Source of the DNA: an uncultured Gammaproteobacteria bacterium | Lineage (GTDB): Bacteria; Pseudomonadota; Gammaproteobacteria; Steroidobacterales; Woeseiaceae | DNA: 64,000 nt | Direction of reading: 5' to 3' | Assembly: GCA_963760325.1 (NCBI GenBank) | Contig: CAVXCW010000024.1 | Span: 13,101-77,100, forward strand | Program-made: the position numbers and the translations under genes | The notes under the pieces: model-generated | The model's database searches: none | Seen by the model: the letters and a program-made list of their open reading frames with translations, nothing else | What the model was told of the DNA's origin: nothing | Shown: piece after piece, positions 9,344 through 18,204 of the stretch | How the letters are laid out: each line of letters starts with the position of its first letter | Position numbering within the stretch: the first letter of the stretch is position 1

Positions 9344-10399
9344 TCAGTCGAAGTAACGCATAAATTCCGGCGGGATATTCTCTGCCGAGCTGGGTCGGTC
9401 CCCGGTCACCGGCAATGGCCGGGAATTGTAGGTGTTCCAGAAAAGGCATGGTTGTCCGGCGTAATCCCGCAGAGCCAGGTCATGCAACAGTGCCGCCATG
9501 GCCTTTCCTGTATACGTCGTTTCAATCTTGAGACCGAGTGCATTCCCGGCTATCGCCACCGCATTTTTGGTCACGCTGTCCGCGACCGCATAACCGCCGG
9601 CCAGGAACTCGCTGCGCCAGCAGATACGGGTGCGGTCAGCGAGATCTGCCGGAATCGATGCGTCGATGCGATTGAGCATCATTGCCGTTTTTCGCATCAG
9701 GCGTTCGAAGCCCGGCGGACTGGCGACGCGATCATCAACCACTCGGACGGCGTGCAGTTCTGTGGGCAAATCTGCCAAGGCAAGACCCAGCGCCAGCCCG
9801 GCACAACTGCCCATCGTGCCGTTCGCAATGTAGATACGATATGGTAATTCGAGGTCCCCTGATGCGATCTGGTGCGCGAGTTCCAGCCCCGCGTTAACGA
9901 AGCCTACCGCGCCAAGCCAGCTTGACCCGCCCATCGGGATGACCCAGCAATGACGGCCCTGAAGATAGCGTCTGAATGTTGCCAGGCGATCGACAATGCG
10001 ACCCATGGGAACCAGCTCTGTACCGATTCTCCGATGCATGTTTAATGTCGTCGGAATGTTTGGTGTGGGTTCCTGCGGAAACAGGAAACAGCTGCATTCG
10101 AAGCCGCGCTGCCTGGCGATAATGGCGGTTGCGAGCGCGTGGTTAGAGCCGACCGCTCCAAAGGTCGCGACGCGACTTGCGTTGCGCTCCCTGGCTCGTT
10201 GGAAAATGTACTCGAGCTTGCGGATTTTGTTCCCGCCATAGTGTGCGCAGCTCACGTCATCATGCTTGATCGAAACCGTGCGCGGTCCTTCGGGCGTATT
10301 GAAACGAACCGTCGAAACCGGGGTTGGCAGATCAGCGATCGCCATTTTCTTAAGACGATCAGACAGCAGAGGGTGCGCCGCAGCCAGGAAATCACTCAT
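9344..10399 (-). CDS. PLP-dependent ACC deaminase / D-cysteine desulfhydrase family protein
   Basis: YGGNKIRKLEYIF (PLP-lysine motif of the family). 351 aa with a tryptophan-synthase-beta-like fold pattern. Confidence 0.8.
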   Translation of the reverse strand: MSDFLAAAHPLLSDRLKKMAIADLPTPVSTVRFNTPEGPRTVSIKHDDVSCAHYGGNKIRKLEYIFQRARERNASRVATFGAVGSNHALATAIIARQRGFECSCFLFPQEPTPNIPTTLNMHRRIGTELVPMGRIVDRLATFRRYLQGRHCWVIPMGGSSWLGAVGFVNAGLELAHQIASGDLELPYRIYIANGTMGSCAGLALGLALADLPTELHAVRVVDDRVASPPGFERLMRKTAMMLNRIDASIPADLADRTRICWRSEFLAGGYAVADSVTKNAVAIAGNALGLKIETTYTGKAMAALLHDLALRDYAGQPCLFWNTYNSRPLPVTGDRPSSAENIPPEFMRYFD

Positions 10400-10478
10400 T
10401 CACAGAGATTAACCAAGTGCACTGGGTATCGCGAATGATTTAGACTGCGCACTCATCTGGCCCGACGCGGAGACAGGC

Positions 10479-12053
10479 TTGTCAGAAGCAGTGGACCATG
10501 GCATTACGGTTACCGAAATCGCAGCGATGGATCAATCCATCGATGTGTCAAGGGAAACCACGGCTGCTTTCGTCGGCCGTGCGCTTCGTGGTCCCGTCAA
10601 TACGCCGACGCTCGTCAGGAACTTCGGTGAATTCCGTCGTCGCTTCGGTGACGTCTGGCCGCGCTCAAGTCTCGGTCCGGCGGTAAAGCAGTTCTTCGAA
10701 CATGGTGGTGGACACCTCTATGTGGTGCGCGTCGCCAACAACGCGCGCGGTGCGATGCTGTGTCTGGCGGCAAGTGGTTCCGCTGTGGTTTTGCGTGCAG
10801 TCGAACCAGGGTCGACCGAGCATATACGGGCGGCGGTCGATTACGACGCCGTTGGCGAGGATGAAGATCTCTTCAACCTGGCGCTGCAGCGAGTGGATCC
10901 GACCAGCGGTCTCGTCGTCGATCAGGAATTGTTTCGGAGATTGTCTTACAAGGAAGGCGCCGAGAATTTCATTGGCGACGCGTTGCTTGCGTCGACCCTT
11001 GCCAGGCTCGAGCATCCGTATCCAACTCACAGGCCCGAGTCCACGTTCAACAAGGGCAGGCGATTCGAGTCATCGTATATCGACCATGCCCAGGCTGGTA
11101 CGGACGGTGCCGCCTTGACCGATTATGATCTGATTGGATCGCAGAAGGCGCGTACGGGTTTGTGCGCGCTGGAGGACGTCGAGAATTTCGATGTGCTTTA
11201 CCTTCCGCCACTCGGAAGAGATGTGGATGCAGGACCGGCGGCAGTGCTTGCGGCGGAACTTTACTGTCGGCGTCGCGGCGCAATGTTAATTGTCGATCCG
11301 CGCGCCGAGTGGGCGACTACCGAAGCGGCCGTGGAAGGTATCCGTAATCTTGGTTACGCGAGTCCCAACATGCTCGGTTACTTTCCGCGTGTCGTCGAGC
11401 GCGGCAAGGCTGACGCACCCGTGCGGCAGGTGGGCGGGGCGATCGCGGGCCTGCTCTGCAAGCAGGACCGAACCTATGGCCCATGGCACGACCTGAACCA
11501 GCAGGGTATGGGGCTGCAACGCAATTTAATGCCGGCCGTAGCCATGAACGATGACGAGAGGCGACTGCTGAATCGCGCCGGGCTCAACGTCCTCGCGATC
11601 GGGCCTGCAGGGCGGTCGCGATTGGTCGGGTCAGTCACGATGGGCCGTGGCTCCGAGTTGTATCGCGAATATGCGAGCCTGACGGTGCGCCGGTTTTGCC
11701 TGCAGATCGCCAATGCGATTGCAAAAGCAGCGCGGTGGGCAGTCTTCGAACCCGATGACGCGACCGTGGTGAAGCGGATTCGGACGCAGGTGCTCGCCTA
11801 TTTTCACGATCTTGATGAACTGGGTGCGTTCATCGACCAGCAATTCTCCGTCCGCTGTGATGCCGGCATGAGCCAGCGCGCCAACGGTGAACAGCATGGC
11901 GTTACGATCCTGCTGGTTTTTCACCCGACGGGTGGTGACGAGCCGGTTTCCCTGACGCTGCACCTCACGGCCACGGGATGCCGTGTTAGCGGCACGGCGT
12001 TCGCACCGTCTATCGAGACGATGCCCGAAGCGACGTCAGCCCACCTTACATAA
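10479..12053 (+). CDS. contractile-tail sheath family protein (orphan)
   Basis: 524 aa with a TTG start (alternative GTG at 10491). Sheath-like N-terminus GITVTEI..TTAAFVGRALRGPVNTPTLVRNFGEFRRRFG. C-terminal LNRAGLNVLAIGPAGRSRLVGSVTMG and VRRFCLQIANAIAKAARWAVFEPDD match conserved sheath blocks as I remember them. Confidence 0.7.
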   Translation: MSEAVDHGITVTEIAAMDQSIDVSRETTAAFVGRALRGPVNTPTLVRNFGEFRRRFGDVWPRSSLGPAVKQFFEHGGGHLYVVRVANNARGAMLCLAASGSAVVLRAVEPGSTEHIRAAVDYDAVGEDEDLFNLALQRVDPTSGLVVDQELFRRLSYKEGAENFIGDALLASTLARLEHPYPTHRPESTFNKGRRFESSYIDHAQAGTDGAALTDYDLIGSQKARTGLCALEDVENFDVLYLPPLGRDVDAGPAAVLAAELYCRRRGAMLIVDPRAEWATTEAAVEGIRNLGYASPNMLGYFPRVVERGKADAPVRQVGGAIAGLLCKQDRTYGPWHDLNQQGMGLQRNLMPAVAMNDDERRLLNRAGLNVLAIGPAGRSRLVGSVTMGRGSELYREYASLTVRRFCLQIANAIAKAARWAVFEPDDATVVKRIRTQVLAYFHDLDELGAFIDQQFSVRCDAGMSQRANGEQHGVTILLVFHPTGGDEPVSLTLHLTATGCRVSGTAFAPSIETMPEATSAHLT

Positions 12054-12125
12054 GCCGGCGCGCGCCGCATCCATGGCGTGTCATATAAGCATCCATCTGA
12101 TGCCACCAATCATTCGGGAGGGGGT

Positions 12126-12656
12126 ATGAGAGACAGTGATGTTCTGGACAAAAACCCGCACATATCTCGAACGGCATTGGAAGCCATTCACAGCCAGGTA
12201 TTCGGCTGGGCCCTCTCGCGCTCGGACTACGATCGCGCAGTCGCGGAGGATCTGGTGCAACAGGCTTATATAGAGCTACTAACTGGAAAAGCACGTTTCG
12301 ATAACAAGTCGTCGCTCAAGACGTTCGTGTTTTCCGTCGTGCAGAATCTTGCGCGCAGCCGATACCGACGAATTGCATCGCACCTGCGGCTGGTTCAAGC
12401 GGCAGGTAGAGAGGTGATCGATGATGCCGTCCAGCCCGTCGACCCGGATGAACATGCCGCGGTCTGGACAGCGGTGCAGGCGCTGCCGCAACGGCAACGC
12501 GACATCGTTGAGCTTGTGTTCTGTCGCGACATGACGATCGAGGCAGCGTCCAGCGTAATGGGCGTAACAACGGGAACCGGCAGGGTTCACTACGACCGGG
12601 CGAAAAAAGCATTGAAAATAAAATTGGGTAATTACGGAGCAGGGTCCGATGACTGA
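12126..12656 (+). CDS. ECF (sigma-70 family) RNA polymerase sigma factor
   Basis: Trimmed to the ATG at 12126, which is preceded by GGGAGGGGG. Region 2 is DLVQQAYIELL..FDNKSSLKTFVFSVVQNLARSRYRR. Region 4 is LPQRQRDIVELVFCRDMTIEAASSVMGVTTGTGRVHYDRAKKAL. Confidence 0.82.
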   Translation: MRDSDVLDKNPHISRTALEAIHSQVFGWALSRSDYDRAVAEDLVQQAYIELLTGKARFDNKSSLKTFVFSVVQNLARSRYRRIASHLRLVQAAGREVIDDAVQPVDPDEHAAVWTAVQALPQRQRDIVELVFCRDMTIEAASSVMGVTTGTGRVHYDRAKKALKIKLGNYGAGSDD

Positions 12657-13011
12657 TTTCGATGTGGCACTAAGAAACGCGGTACGCGAGGCACAGGCGA
12701 ACGCAGAGAGCAGGCATGTGCCGGACTTTGACGGCGTTTGGGCAGCGGCGAGCGCGCGAGGCCGGGCGTCCCGAATGCGACAGCGCTTGCTCGCCGGGTC
12801 CGCCGCTGTTGCGGCGGTCCTGGCCATCGCTTTCGGTTTGCGTGCGCCGACCGGGGATGAATTGCGTTACATCGACGCCGACGAATTGCTGGGGACAACC
12901 GGTTGGTCGGCACCCAGCGATAGCCTGTTGCCTGACCATGCATTTGACATATACCAGGATATTCCGGTGCTCATCGAGTCAACCGAAACCTATGGAGGAG
13001 CGTTACTGTGA
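12649..13011 (+). CDS. putative anti-sigma factor (single-pass membrane protein)
   Basis: ATGA-type overlap with the sigma gene. One TM segment (LLAGSAAVAAVLAIAFGL). No zinc-binding HxxxCxxC motif. Assignment rests on position only. Confidence 0.45.
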   Translation: MTDFDVALRNAVREAQANAESRHVPDFDGVWAAASARGRASRMRQRLLAGSAAVAAVLAIAFGLRAPTGDELRYIDADELLGTTGWSAPSDSLLPDHAFDIYQDIPVLIESTETYGGALL

Positions 13012-13421
13012 AGAAGGGAATTTTTCTATTACTGGCCCTGACCAGTCTCGGGTTGGGAACCGCGATGGCCGCGGGACCCAAAGAAGACGTATTTAAAGGC
13101 AAGCTGTTTCCGCCTAACGTGATACTGGAGCATCAGGCGGAACTGAGTTTAAGCAAGGCGCAGTTTACGGCGATCAGGGCGGCCGTCGTCGAGGTGCAGG
13201 CTGGCGTGGCCGAGCACGAGTGGGATATGCGCGAGGCCTACCAGGCACTGATGCTGGAGCTGGACAAAGCGCCGATTGACGAAGATCGAGTGATTGCTCA
13301 CGCCGACGTGGCGCTGCTGGCCGAAAATCAGGTCAAAAAGAAGCAGATGGCGATGCTGGTGCGGTTGAAAAATCTGCTGACGGCGGAGCAGGTGAGCTAT
13401 CTCGAGTCGGTACAGCAGTAA
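13008..13421 (+). CDS. periplasmic LTXXQ-motif protein (Spy/CpxP-like)
   Basis: Signal peptide MKKGIFLLLALTSLGLGTAMA. Two LTXXQ-like motifs (LSKAQ, LTAEQ). 137 aa, all-helical composition. Confidence 0.5.
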   Translation: MKKGIFLLLALTSLGLGTAMAAGPKEDVFKGKLFPPNVILEHQAELSLSKAQFTAIRAAVVEVQAGVAEHEWDMREAYQALMLELDKAPIDEDRVIAHADVALLAENQVKKKQMAMLVRLKNLLTAEQVSYLESVQQ

Positions 13422-13487
13422 CCAGTGTCCTGTCCGAGCGTAACGGAACCTGGTTCCTGGAACCCTCCGGAAAATCGGGGTAAGACT

Positions 13488-15131
13488 ATGCACATGAATC
13501 GACTCCTATCCATCCTGGCATCACTGATGCTGGGCCTCGCCGGTTGCGGAGGCAGTGGAGGTGGTGGGTCCACGCCGCCGCCACCACCCCCGCCACCGCC
13601 GCCCGTCACAAAGGCAGAGGCTTACCAGTTTCTCAACCAAGGCTCGTTCGGGGCGACTGAGGCGGAAGCCCAGAGCGTCATATCGATGCGCCAGGAGGAG
13701 TGGATCAACGATCAGCTGCAAAAACCCGTATCCCGGCAATTGCCGCATCTGCAGGCCTTGCCACCGCCGCAGTTTCCGTTCGAGCTACACGCGGACCGCG
13801 TCGACATCTGGTTCCGCAACTCACTGTATGGCGAAGATCAGCTTCGTCAGCGCGTCGCATTCGCGTTGTCTGAAATCATGGTTGTTTCGCAGCTGGGCGC
13901 GCTCAGCAACCTGCCGTTTGCCGTGGCCGATTATTATGACGTGCTCGCAGAGAACGCCTTCGGCAACTATCGCGACCTGCTCGAGGAGGTCACCCTGCAT
14001 CCGGCAATGGGCGTCTACCTGAGCATGCTCGGTAACGAAAAACCCGACCCGCTTAACAATATTCGACCGGACGAGAACTACGCGCGCGAGGTCATGCAGC
14101 TTTTCTCGATCGGTCTCGTCGAGCTGAATATCGACGGCACGGCAAAACTGGACAGCGAGGGTCAGCCGATTCCGACGTACAGCCAGGAGATCATCGAAGG
14201 CTTCGCACACGTCTATACGGGATGGACGTTCGCGGGTGCGCCGAGTTTCCGGCAGGCGCGGCCCACACAGTTCAACCAGATTATTCCGATGCAGCTGTAT
14301 CCTGGTTTTCATGACACCGAAGCGAAGACGCTGCTAAACGGCGTGGTATTGCCCGCCGGGCAGACCGGCGGGCAGGATCTTGCCGGCGCACTTGACAATA
14401 TTTTCAATCACCCGAATGTCGGGCCCTTTATTTCGATCCGCCTCATACAGCGGCTCGTAACCAGCAATCCATCACCAGGCTATGTCCGGCGTGTGGCCGA
14501 GGTGTTCAACAACAACGGTTCGGGCGTGCGCGGCGATCTCGGCGCGGTGGTGAAAGCCATATTGCTCGATGACGAGGCGCATCCGTCCATGGCCATGGAG
14601 ATCGATGGCAAGGTGAAAGAGCCCTTGTTGCGTCTTACACAGCTGTGGAAGGCTTATAACGCGACCTCGAACAGCGGACGCTTTCCGCTAAACGCGGCCT
14701 ATATTCTCTTTGGGCAGGGTCCGCTGCAGTCGCCCTCAGTGTTCAACTTCTTTAGTCCGTTCTACGCGCCGCCCGGTGAGATTCGTGACAGTAGCCTCGT
14801 CGCGCCCGAGCTGGAAATTGCTACCGAGTATCAAAACACGCTGTTCACGAACTACATGTTCTACCAGGTGTTTGCGCTGAACCATACCAACGGCGAGCTC
14901 GCAGACGATGACGTTTTCATTAATTTTCAGGAAGAGATGGATATTGCCGCGGACATCAATGCGTTGATCGACATGGTTGCCAACAAACTGCTCGGCGGCC
15001 AGATTTCCGACACCCTGCGACAGGAGGTCACCGGCATGTTGGAACGCATCCCGGAAACGGATACGGCGATACGTGCTGCCGAGGCCATCTACTTTGTCGT
15101 GACATCACCGGAATATGCGTACCAACGCTAG
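13488..15131 (+). CDS. DUF1800-family lipoprotein
   Basis: Trimmed to the ATG at 13488 (MHMNRLLSILASLMLGLAGC lipobox) followed by a GGSGGGGSTPPPPPPPPPPV linker. Body resembles DUF1800, which is normally paired with DUF1501. Confidence 0.7.
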   Translation: MHMNRLLSILASLMLGLAGCGGSGGGGSTPPPPPPPPPPVTKAEAYQFLNQGSFGATEAEAQSVISMRQEEWINDQLQKPVSRQLPHLQALPPPQFPFELHADRVDIWFRNSLYGEDQLRQRVAFALSEIMVVSQLGALSNLPFAVADYYDVLAENAFGNYRDLLEEVTLHPAMGVYLSMLGNEKPDPLNNIRPDENYAREVMQLFSIGLVELNIDGTAKLDSEGQPIPTYSQEIIEGFAHVYTGWTFAGAPSFRQARPTQFNQIIPMQLYPGFHDTEAKTLLNGVVLPAGQTGGQDLAGALDNIFNHPNVGPFISIRLIQRLVTSNPSPGYVRRVAEVFNNNGSGVRGDLGAVVKAILLDDEAHPSMAMEIDGKVKEPLLRLTQLWKAYNATSNSGRFPLNAAYILFGQGPLQSPSVFNFFSPFYAPPGEIRDSSLVAPELEIATEYQNTLFTNYMFYQVFALNHTNGELADDDVFINFQEEMDIAADINALIDMVANKLLGGQISDTLRQEVTGMLERIPETDTAIRAAEAIYFVVTSPEYAYQR

Positions 15132-15149
15132 GTGCCGGGGAGACTGAAT

Positions 15150-16508
15150 ATGAAGACCTTGAATCGACGTGATTTTCTGAAGACCAGCGGTGCAGCGGCG
15201 GTGTTCGCTGCAACACCCGGGCTGGCCTATTCGCAGGTTGTTGGCAGTGCCGGGCCATTCGACGATTATCGTGCTCTCGTGTGCGTGTTCATGTTTGGCG
15301 GCAATGACTCGTTCAACATGCTGGTCCCGAATACGCAAGCAGAATACGGCGCATATGCAACATCGCGACAAAACCTCGCCATACCGCAGGCCGAGCTCCT
15401 GCCGATCACGCCTGTCTCCGCCGGAACGCCGGACTTCGGCCTGCACCCTGCGATGGGCGGGGTCAAGGGGCTGTTCGATACCGGTGTTGCGGCATTTGTG
15501 ACCAATGTCGGCCCACTCGTCGAACCGACGACAAAAGACGCTTACTTCAACGGTTCTGTCACGCTCCCGCCACAGTTGTTCTCGCACAACGATCAACAGG
15601 ATCAATGGACGTCGCTACGCGGTAACGTGCCCAGCAAGACCGGCTGGGCCGGACGCATTGCTGACCTGATTCGCACGGGGGTTACAGAACAGCAAATGGC
15701 GACCAACGCATCGTTGTTCGGTGCGAACCTGTTGCAGTCCGCCGATGAGACGGTGGCGTATGTGATGGGTCCAGGCGGGCCAATCCAGTTCGAAGGTTTT
15801 TCTACCGAGCCCGGCAGCATATTTTTCGAGCAGCGTGAAGCTTTCCGGCGCATCGTCAACGCGCAGTACGGAACCGTTTACGAGCGCGGCTTCGCCGAAG
15901 TGCAGCGTCGCGCCATCAACGCGGCCGACATTGTCACGGCCGCCATTGACTCAGCGCCGCCAATCAGCGCCGTATTCCCGCAGTCGCAATTGGGAACTCA
16001 GCTCAGAACCGTCGCGCGCCTGATCGCCGTTCGCGATCGCTTGCAGATGAAACGCCAGGTATTCTTTGTTGCGACCGGTGGCTTTGATACTCATGATAAT
16101 CAGGTGGATGATCAGCCCGGCCTGTTGGGTGGCATCAGCGATGCGATTGCGGCGTTCCATGCCGCGACGGTTGAGCTTGGTGTTGTGAATGACGTGACGA
16201 CCTTCACTCAGTCGGACTTCGGTCGGACACTAACGTCCAATGGCGATGGCACCGACCACGCGTGGGGCGGCAACCAGCTGGTTGTTGGTGGCGCCGTCAA
16301 TGGTCGTGAACTTTACGGAAGCTATCCGTTGTTGGCGATCGACGGTCCCGAAGACGTGTCGGGAGGCCGCATGATTCCATCGACATCGGCGGATCAATAT
16401 GCTGCGACGCTAGCGAGTTGGTTCGGTATCCCGGATATCGACCTCGATATCGTGGCGCCGAACCTCGTTAATTTTGCGCAGCGCGACCTAGGGTTTATGA
16501 TCGCCTGA
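15150..16508 (+). CDS. DUF1501-family (sulfatase-like) Tat-exported protein
   Basis: Trimmed to the ATG at 15150. Twin-arginine signal NRRDFLKTSGAAAVFAA. GGFDTHDNQ and GTDHAWGG motifs are typical of DUF1501. Confidence 0.78.
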   Translation: MKTLNRRDFLKTSGAAAVFAATPGLAYSQVVGSAGPFDDYRALVCVFMFGGNDSFNMLVPNTQAEYGAYATSRQNLAIPQAELLPITPVSAGTPDFGLHPAMGGVKGLFDTGVAAFVTNVGPLVEPTTKDAYFNGSVTLPPQLFSHNDQQDQWTSLRGNVPSKTGWAGRIADLIRTGVTEQQMATNASLFGANLLQSADETVAYVMGPGGPIQFEGFSTEPGSIFFEQREAFRRIVNAQYGTVYERGFAEVQRRAINAADIVTAAIDSAPPISAVFPQSQLGTQLRTVARLIAVRDRLQMKRQVFFVATGGFDTHDNQVDDQPGLLGGISDAIAAFHAATVELGVVNDVTTFTQSDFGRTLTSNGDGTDHAWGGNQLVVGGAVNGRELYGSYPLLAIDGPEDVSGGRMIPSTSADQYAATLASWFGIPDIDLDIVAPNLVNFAQRDLGFMIA

Positions 16509-16619
16509 TTCGATATCGGGGATACCCACCATGAAAATACTCGCCTCAGCCTCCCTGGCTGTGGGTCTGCTCGTCTCCGTCTTCGGCGGCGCAAAGCCAT
16601 TGCCGATGTTGGAAACAAG

Positions 16620-16697
16620 AATCGATCGCAGGGACGAGGCGCAGCTCTAGCGAGGAAGGGAGAAAAAAATCGATCGCTGGGTCGAGGCGCAGCTCTA
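16620..16697 (+). repeat. 30-nt direct repeat pair (28/30 identical), 48 nt apart
   Basis: AATCGATCGCAGGGACGAGGCGCAGCTCTA at 16620-16649 and AATCGATCGCTGGGTCGAGGCGCAGCTCTA at 16668-16697. Each ends in a stop codon in the same frame. Confidence 0.8.
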
Positions 16698-16712
16698 ACG
16701 GGCCGCTTAAGG

Positions 16713-18204
16713 ATGAAACTCGACCGCTTCATTCGCATCGCAATAGCAGTAGCTATTGCGCTGGTGTTTGTGATCGCGATCGGCGCGCTGCTGTTCATTT
16801 CCGAATCGGCGCTCAACGTCTGGGATCGCCTCAAAGCCGGGCCGCCTGTAATTCTCTATGCCTACATGTCGGTGATGTTGCTGCTCGCGGTCACCGCGTT
16901 TTGGCTGATCTGGCGACTCGTGGTGAGGCGCAAGATTGCGCCGGCGCGAGCGGCCGCGTCATCGCCACTGTCCAGGCAGGAAATTGAAGCGCGCATTCGT
17001 GATGCCGAAGCGGCCGGAGTAAAAGTCGACGAGGCGCAGGCGGAGCTGAAGGAGCTGGCCGCGCGTCAGGATAACGGGACGATTTATCTCTGTTTCTTCG
17101 GCGAAATCAGTACGGGAAAAAGCTCGCTGATCAAAGCGCTCGTGCCCGAAGCGAATGTTGTTGTCGATGTGGTCGGTGGGTCCACCGACGACGTACGCCA
17201 CTACCGCTGGCGCAACGAGGCGGGCAACGAGATTCTGTTGACGGATGTTCCGGGCATCGGCGGTATTGACGGCGAGCTTTCGGTGACCGCCACGGATGAA
17301 GCCAAGCGTGCCCACGTCGTGCTGTTCGTGTGCGACAGTGACCTGACCCGGCCCGAGATTCGGGCGATCGAGGCTCTGCTGGCTTTTGACAAGCCGCTGG
17401 TACTGGTCTTGAACAAGGCTGATCGGTTTACAACCGAAGAACAGGCAACGCTAATGCAGAAGTTACTCGAGCGTGTCGATGCAGTCGGTGGCAAGCTCAA
17501 ACGTGATCACGTGGTCGCGGTGACCGCGGGTGGCGAGTCGGATGTCATTGAGCGGCAGGAAGACGGGCGTGAGCAAGATGGTGCGGCGCAGCCGGCCCGC
17601 CGATATAGGCGTACTCGTCGTTGCGATTAATCGCCTGCTGTCGAGCGGCGCGGAACCGCTGGATCAGCGTCGTGAACGCGCTGTTTTTCAGATGGCCGCA
17701 GCGAGGCTTGCCGAGGCCGAGGCGCAGTATCGGCAGCAGCGCTCCGAGCAGATCATCCGCAGCGCGACCCGCAAGGCCGTCATCGGGGCGCTCGCTGCAA
17801 TCAGTCCAGGAACCGATATCATTATTCAGGGCTACGTCGGCACGACAATGACGCAGCAACTCTGCAAGTTATACGGTGCGACGCCGCGGGATCTCGATAT
17901 TGAAGAATTCCTGTCCATGAGCCAAAGTCGGGTCGGCCGTGCGCTTCCTTTGTCGCTTGCCGTCGCCGGCAATGGGCTGAAAGCATTTCCCGGTTTGGGC
18001 ACGGTTGCCGGCGGCCTGGTACACGCGGTGGCCTACGGATTAATTTTCGACGCGCTGGGACGAAGCCTGGTGTTGTCTCTGTCCCGTCATGGCGAGCTCG
18101 TGCCCGCGACGGCCACCAAAGAATTTGAGGATGGCATCAGTGAGCATTTGGAAGCGGGCGTTCGCCGCGTTGCCAGAATGGCCCTGGAAGAGAAAGGGGA
18201 CTGA
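16713..18204 (+). pseudogene. membrane GTPase fused to a DUF697 (YcjF-like) domain, paralog 1; reading frame split near 17560-17590
   Basis: Track ORFs 16713..17630 and 17530..18204. The first has two N-terminal TM helices plus G1 GEISTGKSS, G3 DVPG and G4 NKAD. The second has the DUF697-like segment AISPGTDIIIQGYV..AGNGLKAFPGLGTVAGGLVHAVAYGLIF. Together they are collinear with the intact paralog downstream. The frame goes 0 -> +1. Alternatively these are two genes, with an internal ATG at 17578. Confidence 0.7.

Noticed and set aside
9216-9356. 46-codon GTG-start ORF coupled to the L,D-transpeptidase stop, encoding a charged helical peptide (SEWLDLMLEEIARKRRELHEAEDELKRRKDAAQEK..).
   Set aside because: It is too short and of too low complexity to support without conservation evidence. 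It overlaps the 3' end of the convergent deaminase gene.
12078-12125. Upstream GTG start for the ECF sigma factor.
   Set aside because: The ATG at 12126 is preceded by a strong GGGAGGGGG ribosome-binding site, and the extra 16 residues have no counterpart in ECF sigma factors.
10400-12126. Search for tube- or baseplate-like small ORFs in other frames around the sheath-like gene (for example 10702-11118, 138 aa).
   Set aside because: The alternative-frame ORFs overlap the sheath ORF entirely and have Arg/Ser/Cys-rich shadow-ORF composition. None has tube-like features.
13555-13610. GC-rich simple-sequence tract (CCGCCGCCACCACCCCCGCCACCGCCGCCC).
   Set aside because: It encodes the poly-Pro tether after the lipobox of the DUF1800 lipoprotein. 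It is a coding linker, not an independent repeat feature.
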